Of a stretch of DNA of 64,000 nt, positions 1-9,500 are shown piece by piece. Source of the DNA: Odoribacter sp. OttesenSCG-928-L07 (GTDB lineage: Bacteria; Bacteroidota; Bacteroidia; Bacteroidales; BM520); assembly GCA_030265965.1 (NCBI GenBank), contig JAJDHA010000001.1, positions 65,394-129,393 on the forward strand. Reading direction: 5' to 3'. Both the position numbers and the translations under genes were made by a program. Below the pieces are notes generated by a model. It had not been told where the DNA came from, did no database searches, and worked only from the letters and a program-made list of their open reading frames with translations. Every line of letters starts with the position of its first letter. The stretch's first letter is position 1.

Positions 1-525
1 TTTGCTCTACTTGTAATAATTGGGATTGTAGTATGTTTAATTGTTCTTTTTGTCTTTTTGTTTTTGAAAAAACGTTATCCTGATAATAAGATAATTGTTA
101 AAATAACATCTTTGTTCTTAGGCTTTTGGGATGGAATTAAATCGTTGATATATATTAAAAGACCATGGCAATTTATTTTTCATACGGTTTTGCTTTGGAC
201 TTGTTATTTTTTCATGACATATTTTGTCTTTTTTGCCTTACCCGAAACTTCTCATTTAGGAGTTAATGCCGCAATGTCGTCTCTTGTTTTCAGCACTATA
301 GGTATTATTTTAGTTCAGGGCGGTATAGGAATTTATCCGATGATTGTTTCGGAAGTACTTGTTATTTATGGAATTTCATCCGCTATTGGTTACGCATCCG
401 GTTGGTTAATATGGCTTAATCAAACTGTAATGGTAATTTTTGGCGGAATAGTTGCGCTTATCTTATTACCGTTAATCAATAATAAAAAACATGAAAAACC
501 GCAAACCACAACGGAAAATTGTTAA
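1..525 (+). CDS. Integral membrane protein, 5' end outside window (UPF0104 / lysyl-PG-synthase-TM-like, tentative)
   Basis: Frame 1 is open from nt 1; the track lists only the Met-initiated part 58..525. Several hydrophobic helices ([61 protein letters not shown]). Confidence 0.55.
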   Translation, partial: FALLVIIGIVVCLIVLFVFLFLKKRYPDNKIIVKITSLFLGFWDGIKSLIYIKRPWQFIFHTVLLWTCYFFMTYFVFFALPETSHLGVNAAMSSLVFSTIGIILVQGGIGIYPMIVSEVLVIYGISSAIGYASGWLIWLNQTVMVIFGGIVALILLPLINNKKHEKPQTTTENC

Positions 526-946
526 TGCAACCGAATTACCGCAAGACGTTAAAATCGTTTTTACAAATGGTTGTTTCGATATCTTGCATGCCGGTCATGT
601 TGATTATCTATTTAATGCAGCTCAGCTCGGAGATGTTTTAGTAGTTGGTTTAAATACCGATAATTCTGTCAAAAGATTAAAAGGTGAAAATCGCCCTATT
701 AATAAAGAAAATGATAGAGCAACTTTATTGGCATCTTTGTATTTTGTTGATTATGTGGTATTGTTTAACGAAGATACACCCTTAGAACTAATTAAGAAAA
801 TAAAACCTCATGTGCTTGTTAAGGGCGGTGATTACAAAGTGGAAGATATCGTCGGTGCGGATTTTGTAAAAAAATCAGGTGGCGAAGTTATCATTTTACC
901 TTTTAAAGATGGCTATTCTTCATCATCAATAATATCTAAATTTTAA
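491..946 (+). CDS. Cytidylyltransferase-fold adenylyltransferase, RfaE domain II type (heptose 1-phosphate adenylyltransferase-like)
   Basis: 151 aa. Nucleotidyltransferase motif [17 protein letters not shown]. Overlaps the preceding ORF by 35 nt. Confidence 0.75.
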   Translation: MKNRKPQRKIVNATELPQDVKIVFTNGCFDILHAGHVDYLFNAAQLGDVLVVGLNTDNSVKRLKGENRPINKENDRATLLASLYFVDYVVLFNEDTPLELIKKIKPHVLVKGGDYKVEDIVGADFVKKSGGEVIILPFKDGYSSSSIISKF

Positions 947-948
947 TT

Positions 949-2316
949 ATGGCTAAGACTAAAACTGTTTTTCTGTGTACTAACTGCGGCAACGAAAGTA
1001 TGAAATGGATGGGAAAATGTCCTGCATGCGGAGAATGGAATACCCTTGTTGAAGAGCATATTAAACAAGATAAAAAAGAAGACAGAAAGCTTGGATTTAT
1101 CAAACAGTCTGAACCGGTAAAAATAGAGGAGATAAGCGGCTCAGATAGCGAACAAAGAATTGTTAGTGACGACAATGAATTTAATCGTGTTCTCGGCGGC
1201 GGTATAGTTAAAGGTTCAATCGTACTTGTGGGCGGTGAACCCGGAATAGGAAAATCAACTTTGATGCTTCAAATTGCTATTGCTTTGAATGATTTGAAAG
1301 TGCTCTACGTTAGTGGTGAAGAAAGTAGAAGTCAAATTAAAATGCGCTACGACCGCATAAAAAAAAATACATCCGACAATCTTTTTCTTCTTAATGAAAC
1401 TGATATTGACATTATCTTTGATGAAATAAAAAAGTTAAATCCCGACATTTTAATTATAGATTCAATTCAAACTATTTATAATACTTCCTTTGAGTCATCG
1501 GCAGGAAGCATAATGCAAATACGCGAGTGCACGGCTGCATTTCAGCAATATGCAAAATCGAGTCAAGTGCCGGTGTTTCTGATAGGTCATATTACTAAAG
1601 ACGGAACTATTGCCGGTCCAAAGATCTTAGAACATATTGTTGATACTGTAATTATGTTTGAAGGTGAAAGAAATTACGGATACAGAATATTAAGAACGAT
1701 AAAAAACAGATTTGGTTCGGCGTCGGAATTGGGAATGTATTTTATGCAGCAATCCGGATTAGTTCAGGTTAATAATCCTTCCGAAGTATTGTTGTCGAAT
1801 AATACCGAGAATCTTAGTGGAATAAGTATTGGCGCTACGATTGAAGGAATGCGTCCGATAATTGTTGAGGTTCAAGCTTTGGTTGGCACATCGGCTTTTG
1901 GAGCGCCGCAACGTACAACAACAGGTTTTGATGTCAGAAGATTGAACATGCTTTTGGCGGTTTTAGAGAAGAGATGTAATTTTAAGCTTTCTGCAAAGGA
2001 TGTATTTTTAAATATTGCCGGAGGAATTAGGATCGATGACCCTGCTATAGATTTAGCTGTAGTAAGCGCAGTATTGTCGTCGGCAGTTGATATGCCGCTC
2101 AATCATGATTATTGCTTTGCCGGCGAAATTGGTTTGGCAGGAGAAGTTAGACCGGTTACGCACATTGAAAAAAGAATTTCAGAAGCAGAGAAAATCGGAT
2201 TTAATAAGATGATAATCTCCGGTCATGGAATAAAAAAACTCGACATAAGAGGAACAAATATCGAAATTATAGGATTGAATAGGATTGATGAGGTGTTTAG
2301 GTATTTGTTTGGGTAA
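949..2316 (+). CDS. radA: DNA repair protein RadA/Sms
   Basis: N-terminal Zn-ribbon CTNCGNESMKWMGKCPACGEWNT, Walker A GGEPGIGKST, RadA KNRFG motif, C-terminal Lon-like domain. Confidence 0.95.
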   Translation: MAKTKTVFLCTNCGNESMKWMGKCPACGEWNTLVEEHIKQDKKEDRKLGFIKQSEPVKIEEISGSDSEQRIVSDDNEFNRVLGGGIVKGSIVLVGGEPGIGKSTLMLQIAIALNDLKVLYVSGEESRSQIKMRYDRIKKNTSDNLFLLNETDIDIIFDEIKKLNPDILIIDSIQTIYNTSFESSAGSIMQIRECTAAFQQYAKSSQVPVFLIGHITKDGTIAGPKILEHIVDTVIMFEGERNYGYRILRTIKNRFGSASELGMYFMQQSGLVQVNNPSEVLLSNNTENLSGISIGATIEGMRPIIVEVQALVGTSAFGAPQRTTTGFDVRRLNMLLAVLEKRCNFKLSAKDVFLNIAGGIRIDDPAIDLAVVSAVLSSAVDMPLNHDYCFAGEIGLAGEVRPVTHIEKRISEAEKIGFNKMIISGHGIKKLDIRGTNIEIIGLNRIDEVFRYLFG

Positions 2317-2322
2317 TTCTAA

Positions 2323-2350
2323 GCCCCTAAATCCCCTAAAGGGGACTTTT
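2323..2350 (+). repeat. 28-nt hairpin element, copy 1 (GCCCCTAAATCCCCTAAAGGGGACTTTT)
   Basis: Starts 6 nt after the radA stop. TCCCC-TAAA-GGGGA hairpin followed by CTTTT. Near-identical copies at 35533, 60149(rc), 60508, 31784(rc) and 14681. Confidence 0.85.
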
Positions 2351-2380
2351 GGATACTACCAAATACAAAATAATTCTATG

Positions 2381-2432
2381 ACCTCCGTGCCTCCGTGGTA
2401 AAAGTATCACCCTCCATGCAGCCTCCGTGGTT
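2381..2432 (+). repeat. Three copies of CCTCCGTG(G) word within 52 nt
   Basis: acCTCCGTGcCTCCGTGG...gcCTCCGTGG read directly. C-rich on the radA sense strand. Confidence 0.7.
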
Positions 2433-2536
2433 ATTAAAAAAACAAAATCTGTTAATTCTGAAAATTATGTAATTCTGTCTATAAGAATCCCTTAATTTAA
2501 AGATAATTACCCTGGTGACGAACTTACAAAGAATTC

Positions 2537-3724
2537 CTAACTCTTAACCGGTTTTCTATTAACAAGAGCCACAAAAGTCAAATATATCAAACAAGCAAGC
2601 GGAATTAAAAATGCAAGTTTAGAATCGTAATTTGCAACTAATCCGGTGAGAAGCGGAACGAAAGCTGCGCCAACGATTGCAGTTGTCATTAATCCGGAGA
2701 TTTCATTACTTTTGTCGGGATATCTTTCTATACACATTGAGAAAATAAGTGGGAAAATATTTGCAAATCCAATGCCTATTAAAGAAAAACTTACCCAAGT
2801 GCTAATATTATTATAAGGTAAGAAAAGCATTAAATTACCAAGAATGGAAATGGCTATTGTCATGTACAAAAAGTTTTTCGGTTTCATATACCTTAATATG
2901 ACTCCACCTAAAAGTCTTCCAACAAATAAAGCCACAATGAATACAATATTTCCGGAAGCAGCTATTTCCGGTGAGTGTTCAAAAATTGAAGGAATTCTGT
3001 TAAACATTGATGCTTCGGCACCGCAGTAGAAAAAGATTCCAAGAAACATTGCAAGAATGTATGGATTTCCTAATGTTTTAAGGCATTTGCCTACTGTTGT
3101 AGGTTTTTCAATATCTTGTTTTGTTGCGTTAGGAACAAAAATAATTACCAAAATCAAGGTTAACAATAATACACAAGCAAATATTGGAAATAAAATTCTG
3201 AAACCAATGTTCATTACTTCTCCGTTTTCACCTTGCAGTGTAAACCATCCGTATTTCATTAATGAAGTTCCCGCGATAAGAATTATTAATGAAGTTGAAA
3301 GTGTTCCGATTGCTTTTACTGCTTGAGCAAATGAAAGATTGCTGGAATATTTCCCCGGTGAGGATACATCTCTCATTAATGGATTTCCGGAAACTTGTAG
3401 AATAGTTGCGCCGGCACCCATTAATAAAACAGCAACCAATATTGTTGGAAAAGTAAATGCAACAATAGGGAGAATTGCACCCAATAAGAAGAATAATAAA
3501 CCTATTATCAACATTTTCTTTTTACCGATTCTCGATTGTTGAACTCCCATTGGAACTGATAATACACCAAACATTATCATCCCTGAGAAAGAAACTAAAG
3601 ATGCTGTGAAAGGGGTAACATTAAAAGCTTTTTCAATTATTGAAACTAATTGTCCTGCTGCATCACCGAAGCCCATAGCAAGGAAAACTAAAAATACTGC
3701 AAATACGGATAAAGAATTTTTCAT
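2537..3724 (-). CDS. MFS transporter (sugar/FucP-like)
   Basis: 395 aa, about 12 predicted TM helices, with the typical MFS loop between TM2 and TM3 (GVQQSRIGKKKM). Confidence 0.7.
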   Translation of the reverse strand: MKNSLSVFAVFLVFLAMGFGDAAGQLVSIIEKAFNVTPFTASLVSFSGMIMFGVLSVPMGVQQSRIGKKKMLIIGLLFFLLGAILPIVAFTFPTILVAVLLMGAGATILQVSGNPLMRDVSSPGKYSSNLSFAQAVKAIGTLSTSLIILIAGTSLMKYGWFTLQGENGEVMNIGFRILFPIFACVLLLTLILVIIFVPNATKQDIEKPTTVGKCLKTLGNPYILAMFLGIFFYCGAEASMFNRIPSIFEHSPEIAASGNIVFIVALFVGRLLGGVILRYMKPKNFLYMTIAISILGNLMLFLPYNNISTWVSFSLIGIGFANIFPLIFSMCIERYPDKSNEISGLMTTAIVGAAFVPLLTGLVANYDSKLAFLIPLACLIYLTFVALVNRKPVKS

Positions 3725-3750
3725 AATTACTCTTATTTAATTAATTTTTG

Positions 3751-3758
3751 CAAATATA
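3751..3758 (-). promoter_or_regulatory. Bacteroidota sigma-A -7 box TATATTTG upstream of the MFS gene
   Basis: Exact match to TAnnTTTG, 26 nt upstream of the ATG at 3724. Confidence 0.45.
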
Positions 3759-3792
3759 TGAAATAATTTAGAAATTGATGTGATAATGTGAT

Positions 3793-3825
3793 GATTTGAA
3801 GATTTGAAGATTTGAAGATTTGATT
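3793..3825. repeat. 8-mer tandem array (GATTTGAA)x4
   Basis: gatttgaa gatttgaa gatttgaa gatttgat read directly. Same unit at 14567-14598 and, as reverse complement, at 20225-20248. Confidence 0.9.
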
Positions 3826-3902
3826 GATTATCCCCATAGGGGATCCCGAACGGTAGCCCGAGAATTGCCAAAACGCCCCCGCACGCCGTAGGTGTGCGAC
3901 GA
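3826..3902 (+). repeat. 77-nt two-hairpin intergenic element, copy A
   Basis: GATTATCCCCATAGGGGATCCCGAACGGTAGCCCGAGAATTGCCAAAACGCCCCCGCACGCCGTAGGTGTGCGACGA. Hairpins are ATCCCC/GGGGAT and CGCACGCC/GGTGTGCG. Homologous copies at 14598(rc), 60249 and 60418(rc). Confidence 0.9.
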
Positions 3903-3915
3903 TATTGGAAAACAA

Positions 3916-4956
3916 TCACATCGAAAACCTCATTATCAACCGTTCCACTATTTGATAAAACAACCAAATGGCAATAAAAAATCCAGCCAAAGCTAATCCT
4001 ATTTTTAATATCCTTTTCTTTGGTTTGTCTAATGTTTTTTCATTACTTTGTGTAAAAAAATCAATATTGATATCAGATTTTTTGATTGATAGGGAAATGG
4101 TTCTTCCAAATATTAATGGATTATTATTAGAAATATGACCGGCGGGAAAATTGAAACATACCGGATAATTGTATCCTTCAACAGTTTCACGGATAATCTC
4201 TTCAGCTGTTTTTCCATAAGGTATTATGTTGTCGTTCATTTGGGAAACATCGCCGACAATTAAGGCTTTCAATTCGGATAGTTTTCCGGCGCGTTTTAAA
4301 CCCATCATCATTCTATCAATATGATAAAGATATTCGTCTAAATCTTCAATAAACAAGATTTTATTTCTGAGATCAACATCACAATTACTTCCGATTAATG
4401 AATAAAGTATTGAAAGGTTTCCGCCGACAATTTCTCCGGTGCATTCGCCTCCAATATTTAGCGGATTTTCTTCTTCGAGCTGTATGTTGTATTGTAACGA
4501 CTCGCCGAATAGTGTGTTTTTTATTCGGTTTAATGTTTCCTGCGGCGCATCTTTTAATGTTTTCATAACGGGTGCGTGCAAGCCTTCAATTCCATTCATA
4601 TTAAGTTTGGAAAGAAAGACTGTTATATCGCTGAATCCGACAATCCATTTAGGAGATGATAATAATGGAGAGAAATCAATTTGGTCGATTATTCTTACAC
4701 AGCCATAGCCACCGCGAGCGCAAAAAATAGCTTTGATTTCCGGATTGTTTATTGCCTCCTGAAAATCCTCAATACGTTGTTTATCAGTTCCGGCAAATTG
4801 ATTTTCCGATTCAAAAAGATTTTTTGAAAACACGATTCTCAGTCCCCACGATTGTAATATCTCAATGCTCTCGGATATTTCGCTCAAAGAAATTTTGCGT
4901 GCAGGAGCTACAATTGCGATTGAATCACCGGGTTTAAGATATGGGGGTGTGATCAT
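3916..4956 (-). CDS. ldcA: LD-carboxypeptidase (peptidase S66, LdcA-like) with C-terminal TM tail
   Basis: Nucleophile motif IVGFSDITV and His motif FPAGH. Extra C-terminal hydrophobic segment ILKIGLALAGFFIAIWLFYQIV. Confidence 0.85.
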   Translation of the reverse strand: MITPPYLKPGDSIAIVAPARKISLSEISESIEILQSWGLRIVFSKNLFESENQFAGTDKQRIEDFQEAINNPEIKAIFCARGGYGCVRIIDQIDFSPLLSSPKWIVGFSDITVFLSKLNMNGIEGLHAPVMKTLKDAPQETLNRIKNTLFGESLQYNIQLEEENPLNIGGECTGEIVGGNLSILYSLIGSNCDVDLRNKILFIEDLDEYLYHIDRMMMGLKRAGKLSELKALIVGDVSQMNDNIIPYGKTAEEIIRETVEGYNYPVCFNFPAGHISNNNPLIFGRTISLSIKKSDINIDFFTQSNEKTLDKPKKRILKIGLALAGFFIAIWLFYQIVERLIMRFSM

Positions 4957-4967
4957 GGTTTGATGTT

Positions 4968-5007
4968 GTTACGGGGTTAAGAAGTTACGAGGTTACGTGG
5001 TTAGAGT
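4968..5007. repeat. 8-mer tandem array (GTTACGNG)x5
   Basis: gttacggg gttaagaa gttacgag gttacgtg gttagagt. A related word, tacggggttaa, also occurs at ~35629. Confidence 0.75.
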
Positions 5008-5069
5008 TTGCTACTGTAGAAACATGCAGCGCTGAGCACGTAAGGATGCGCGACTGTCGAGCTCGGTGG

Positions 5070-5089
5070 GGACGCACGGCCGTGCGTCC
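5070..5089. repeat. Perfect 20-nt GC-rich palindrome GGACGCACGG/CCGTGCGTCC (possible terminator hairpin of the beta-barrel gene)
   Basis: Read directly. Lies 9 nt downstream of the 5098 stop on the minus strand. No U-tract on the minus strand. Confidence 0.5.
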
Positions 5090-5097
5090 TTTACGAG

Positions 5098-5889
5098 TTA
5101 TTTGAAAATAAAAGGAAATCCCGCCGAAACGCAAATTTCGATTCCTCTGTGGTATCTGGTAGTACCATTAAGATTATATCCATTAACATTTACAGGTATT
5201 GATTCTCCTTCAAGTTGCTTTTTTGAATATGTATTAGATAATCCGAAATAATATCCGCAATCAACTCTAATAAAGCAGGCGCTTTTGTTAATTTCATACC
5301 AAATAATACAACCTGCGCCGAATTTCATTCCATAATTGAAATAAGAGTAATTGCCATTAGTTAATAATACTTTTTGTTCGTTTAACGTTTCATTTCCGCT
5401 GAAGCAATTAAATTCAAATTCCGGTGCAACTAAAAGGTATGGATTAGCATATCTACTCAATGGCAGATTAAAATATACCGGCATATTTATATTTAAATTA
5501 TGTGCAGATAATTTATAAGGAGTTTCATTAATGTTGCTTGTAAGTCGGCTGCCTCCAGCTTTATATGTTACACCGGGAGCTAACGAAACCACACTTCCCA
5601 AATTTATTTCAACAAATAAGCCTGCAATTGTCAGTGGATGAACAACGGAAGTATAATCTTCATTAATTTGGGGATTACTATATTCCATATAAGCTAAATT
5701 AACACCGCCCTTTACACCGAAGTATGCTCTTCTTGCATTGATGTTAAATAATTTACTATTACCACGATTATAATAATTTGATCTATTATAATCAGATTTT
5801 AAATAGCTTCTTTGAGCAAAAGTTTCATTACTAATTAAAACAAAAATTAATAATGTTAAGATTATAAATATTTTATTTGTTTTCATCAT
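5098..5889 (-). CDS. Outer-membrane beta-barrel protein (porin-family / OMP_b-brl-like)
   Basis: Signal peptide MMKTNKIFIILTLLIFVLISNETFAQ, alternating aromatic beta-strand pattern, YFGVKGGVNLA motif, C-terminal aromatic residue. Start moved to the internal Met just after the upstream stop. Confidence 0.7.
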   Translation of the reverse strand: MMKTNKIFIILTLLIFVLISNETFAQRSYLKSDYNRSNYYNRGNSKLFNINARRAYFGVKGGVNLAYMEYSNPQINEDYTSVVHPLTIAGLFVEINLGSVVSLAPGVTYKAGGSRLTSNINETPYKLSAHNLNINMPVYFNLPLSRYANPYLLVAPEFEFNCFSGNETLNEQKVLLTNGNYSYFNYGMKFGAGCIIWYEINKSACFIRVDCGYYFGLSNTYSKKQLEGESIPVNVNGYNLNGTTRYHRGIEICVSAGFPFIFK

Positions 5890-5890
5890 T

Positions 5891-6496
5891 CTACCAATTA
5901 TAATTTTTTGCCAATTCATCTTTATCTTTAAATTTTCTTATAAAATCTTTTTCTACTGAACTACCATCAGGATTAACCATAATATAAGAGTATGTATAAT
6001 AATTTATTCCTTCATCAGTTATTGTTCCGGTAATTATTGCAGTTGTTTTTGTATTACTTCCTGTTGAAGGGCTTATTTTATCTTCATTAAAATAAACAGT
6101 GAAATTATCTCCCGAACCTTGAATGTAGGCACGGCACTTAACAGATGTGCCACCTTTAATAGACTCGTAAGTTATTGTATTATCGTGAGTCTGCCCGTAA
6201 AACTTGATGAGTTTATGCCCCCAGTCGTATCCTATACTATCATGCGGAGACGAAGAATAAGTTAAAACATAAGGATCTACAATGAAGCCTCTTTTATTAA
6301 TAATAGGAGGATCGTCACCCAAGTATAAATTATCAATTTTATTAATTAAACTTTTAGGAACAATATTTTCTATTGGTTCTACATATCTTTTAGATGGTAA
6401 AATAATGGTTTCATAACCATCTCGTTCACAGCTGATACAAAATGCCAGCGCAAAAATAGCTATTAAATTAATTGGCAAATATTTTAATCGTTTCAT
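5891..6496 (-). CDS. Lipoprotein of unknown function
   Basis: Lipobox ...LAFCISC. 201 aa. Sits between the giant surface-protein gene and the beta-barrel gene. Confidence 0.7.
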   Translation of the reverse strand: MKRLKYLPINLIAIFALAFCISCERDGYETIILPSKRYVEPIENIVPKSLINKIDNLYLGDDPPIINKRGFIVDPYVLTYSSSPHDSIGYDWGHKLIKFYGQTHDNTITYESIKGGTSVKCRAYIQGSGDNFTVYFNEDKISPSTGSNTKTTAIITGTITDEGINYYTYSYIMVNPDGSSVEKDFIRKFKDKDELAKNYNW

Positions 6497-6526
6497 TTGA
6501 ATATAGTTTTAACGTTTAATAATGGT

Positions 6527-9500
6527 TTAATGCTGAATAACAATACGTTCAGTTGTTGATTTTTTCTTGTTTCGAATCTGAATAAAGTACATTCCATGTT
6601 TATAGGAACTGATATTATGTTGAATAATTTCAACTTTTGAATTAAAGTTGGCATCAATTTCATCAATTAACTTTCCGGAAGTATCATAAATAGAAATATT
6701 AGTTTCGCCATCATAATTTTCAAATTTGATATTAATAATATCGTTTGCAGGATTAGGATAAATTGTGATATTCTCTCCATCAATATTATCTATAGATACA
6801 TGAGCATTCATTGTAATAGAAGTAATTGGAGAGCTGCCGCAATCATTAAAAGCCTGAACTGTAATAGTTCCGACATCTCTTGTTCTCACATATAAAGTAC
6901 ATACAGTTCCGTAATCATGAACAATATGCCATGGGGCATCATGTATTTCCCATTCATAATGAGTAGCCCCTTCTACAGGATCAATAGTATAAATAAATTC
7001 ACCGTTGAAAACATCGGATGAGAAAACACATTCTGTTTCTCCATGAATTTCTCCTATTTCCGTAATTTCTAATGCATTAATAACTTCTAAGTTAATTTCA
7101 TAAATACTATCGCAACGATTTGCTACTGTTTGGAGATGTGCAGTATATATTCCACTCTCTGTTAGTGATTGTCCATACCATAAATATGGCAGATCATTAG
7201 CACAAATGGTATCAAATGTTTCTATAAAATAAGATGGGAAGGTATATAATGTTAAATTAATAATACTATCACATCCGAATTGAGTTTTAAAAATTATCTC
7301 ATACAAACCTGGAGTCTCAATTATTGTGTCTCCATATGTGAGAGGTAATTCAGATTCACATAATCTTTTAACATCAGTGCCATAATAGCCTTGATTCATT
7401 TCTATCGTGATTGCATCAAAAAGATTTTGTCTGCAACCGTTAGCATCAAGCACATAAACTTCATAAGTTCCTGTGAAAAGATTAGTATATGTATAAGTTT
7501 CGTTATATGTTGGATCGCTATTAAACACTTGCCCTGAGTCCTTTTTCCAGCAGTAAATATACGGAGGTGTTCCACCCGATGCTTCTACAGTAATCTCTCC
7601 TCCGTTTCCACCTGAGCAACCATTGTTTACTTCAGCAAGATTAAGATATAGATTATTAGGTACTAATATATAAGTGTATGACCATTGGGAAGTATTACCT
7701 GCACAATCTTCATAAGTGAATGTGTATTTTCTTGTACCTTGACATGCTAAAGGATTAGGCTCATCTTCTTGTTCAATAGTTGGAGTAATAATATTATGGC
7801 AAGCATCATAAATTACAGGCAAAGGTGGAACAACAGCGTCAGCAATATTAGTAATTGTACTTTGCATATCTCCCGGCACAGATGGTCCAACTGATGGAGC
7901 TACATTATATGTATATGTCCATTCTGCGGTATGACCTGCAACATCAGTAAATTCATATCTATATACGCGAGTACCGATACATGTAATTGGGTTAGGTTCA
8001 TCAGTATATCCCAAATATTGAGGATTGTTTAGCAATATACCACATTGGTCATATACTGCAGGAAGTAGATGAGTTGGAGTAACAACATCAGACAAGCAAT
8101 TTACTGTTACATTTCCTGGCTCAGTACTAATGATTAATTCTTCAGGTCCGGTAATATTAAAAGTATAAGTCCATGGTGCAGAATTACCAGCGCAATCATA
8201 ATAAGTATAATGATATGTTGCAGTTCCGGCATAAACGAAAGGAGTAGGATTATAAACAACATTATTGTAAACTATATTAGTAATAGTATCTCCACAATAA
8301 TCAAAGACTACAGGAAGTAAATCATCAGGTTTATAAGCATCGGATTTACAAAGAACTGTTTCTTCTCCTGGCTCTGCTGTCATTTCAAATTGAGGCATTT
8401 CAATTATATACCTGTAACGCCAATCAGCTTCAAAGCCTGCACAATCAGTATAAGTATAAACGTATTCTACGTATCCATTACAATCAGATGCAGGTATTGT
8501 ATCTGTTAATTCGAATGTATTGCTTATATCATTGTCGCAATAGTCGTAAACAGGAGGCATAACACTTGGGGTAATTGTATGAGGAAGAACAGAAGCCAAA
8601 TCAAGGCATTCGATAATGGTATCTCTATAATTCTCTGTTATAATAAATTGTTGAGGAACGATATTATATTTATATTGCCATTCAGCTTCAAGTCCAACAC
8701 AATTAGCAAATGTATAAGTGTATGTAACAGATCCTTGACAATTTAATGTATCATAATCTACATTAATATTCTCGTATTCTTCGATAATGTTTCCGCAATA
8801 ATCAGTTACATTCGGCATCACACTTGGCTCTGTATTATGAGGTTCAATCAGAGCTGCAGATATACAACTTACAGTCTTTTCCATATCTTGATTAATAGTA
8901 AAAGGCTCTGCAGTTAAATAGTAGGTGAAAACCCAGTTTTCCTCAAATCCGTTGCAATTTATGTATGTGCATGTATATACTCGTGTACCTTCACAAGTGA
9001 TATCATGTGGAGTGTCAAGGGGTTCGGAGATAATAGGATTTGTTATAACATTACCGCAAGCATCTTCAACAACAGGAAGATATTGCCATGGCTCTACCAT
9101 TTCGCTCTTACAACTAACATTAGCAGAATTTTGTCCGCCGGTAAAAGTTAATGTATTAGGCATAACAATATTAAATACATGTTCCCAAACAGCTGTATTA
9201 CCGGCACAATCTCTATATGTATATTTATATGTTCTGCTTCCGTTGCATGCTAAAGGTTTAGGGTCATCAACAATTTCAAGTTTTATATCTGTAATATCAT
9301 TACCACAAGCATCTTGTTCTCCCGGTGGAGTGGGTGGGTCAATATCAGCTATACAGTCAACAGTACTTAAACCAAAAGTAGTATTGATAGTAAATGGCTC
9401 TCTTTCAACTTGAAATACGTAGTTCCAATCGGCAGTATGACCAGCGCAGTCAGTATATCTATATACGTAAGTACGTGTTCCGTTACATGTAAATCCGGGA

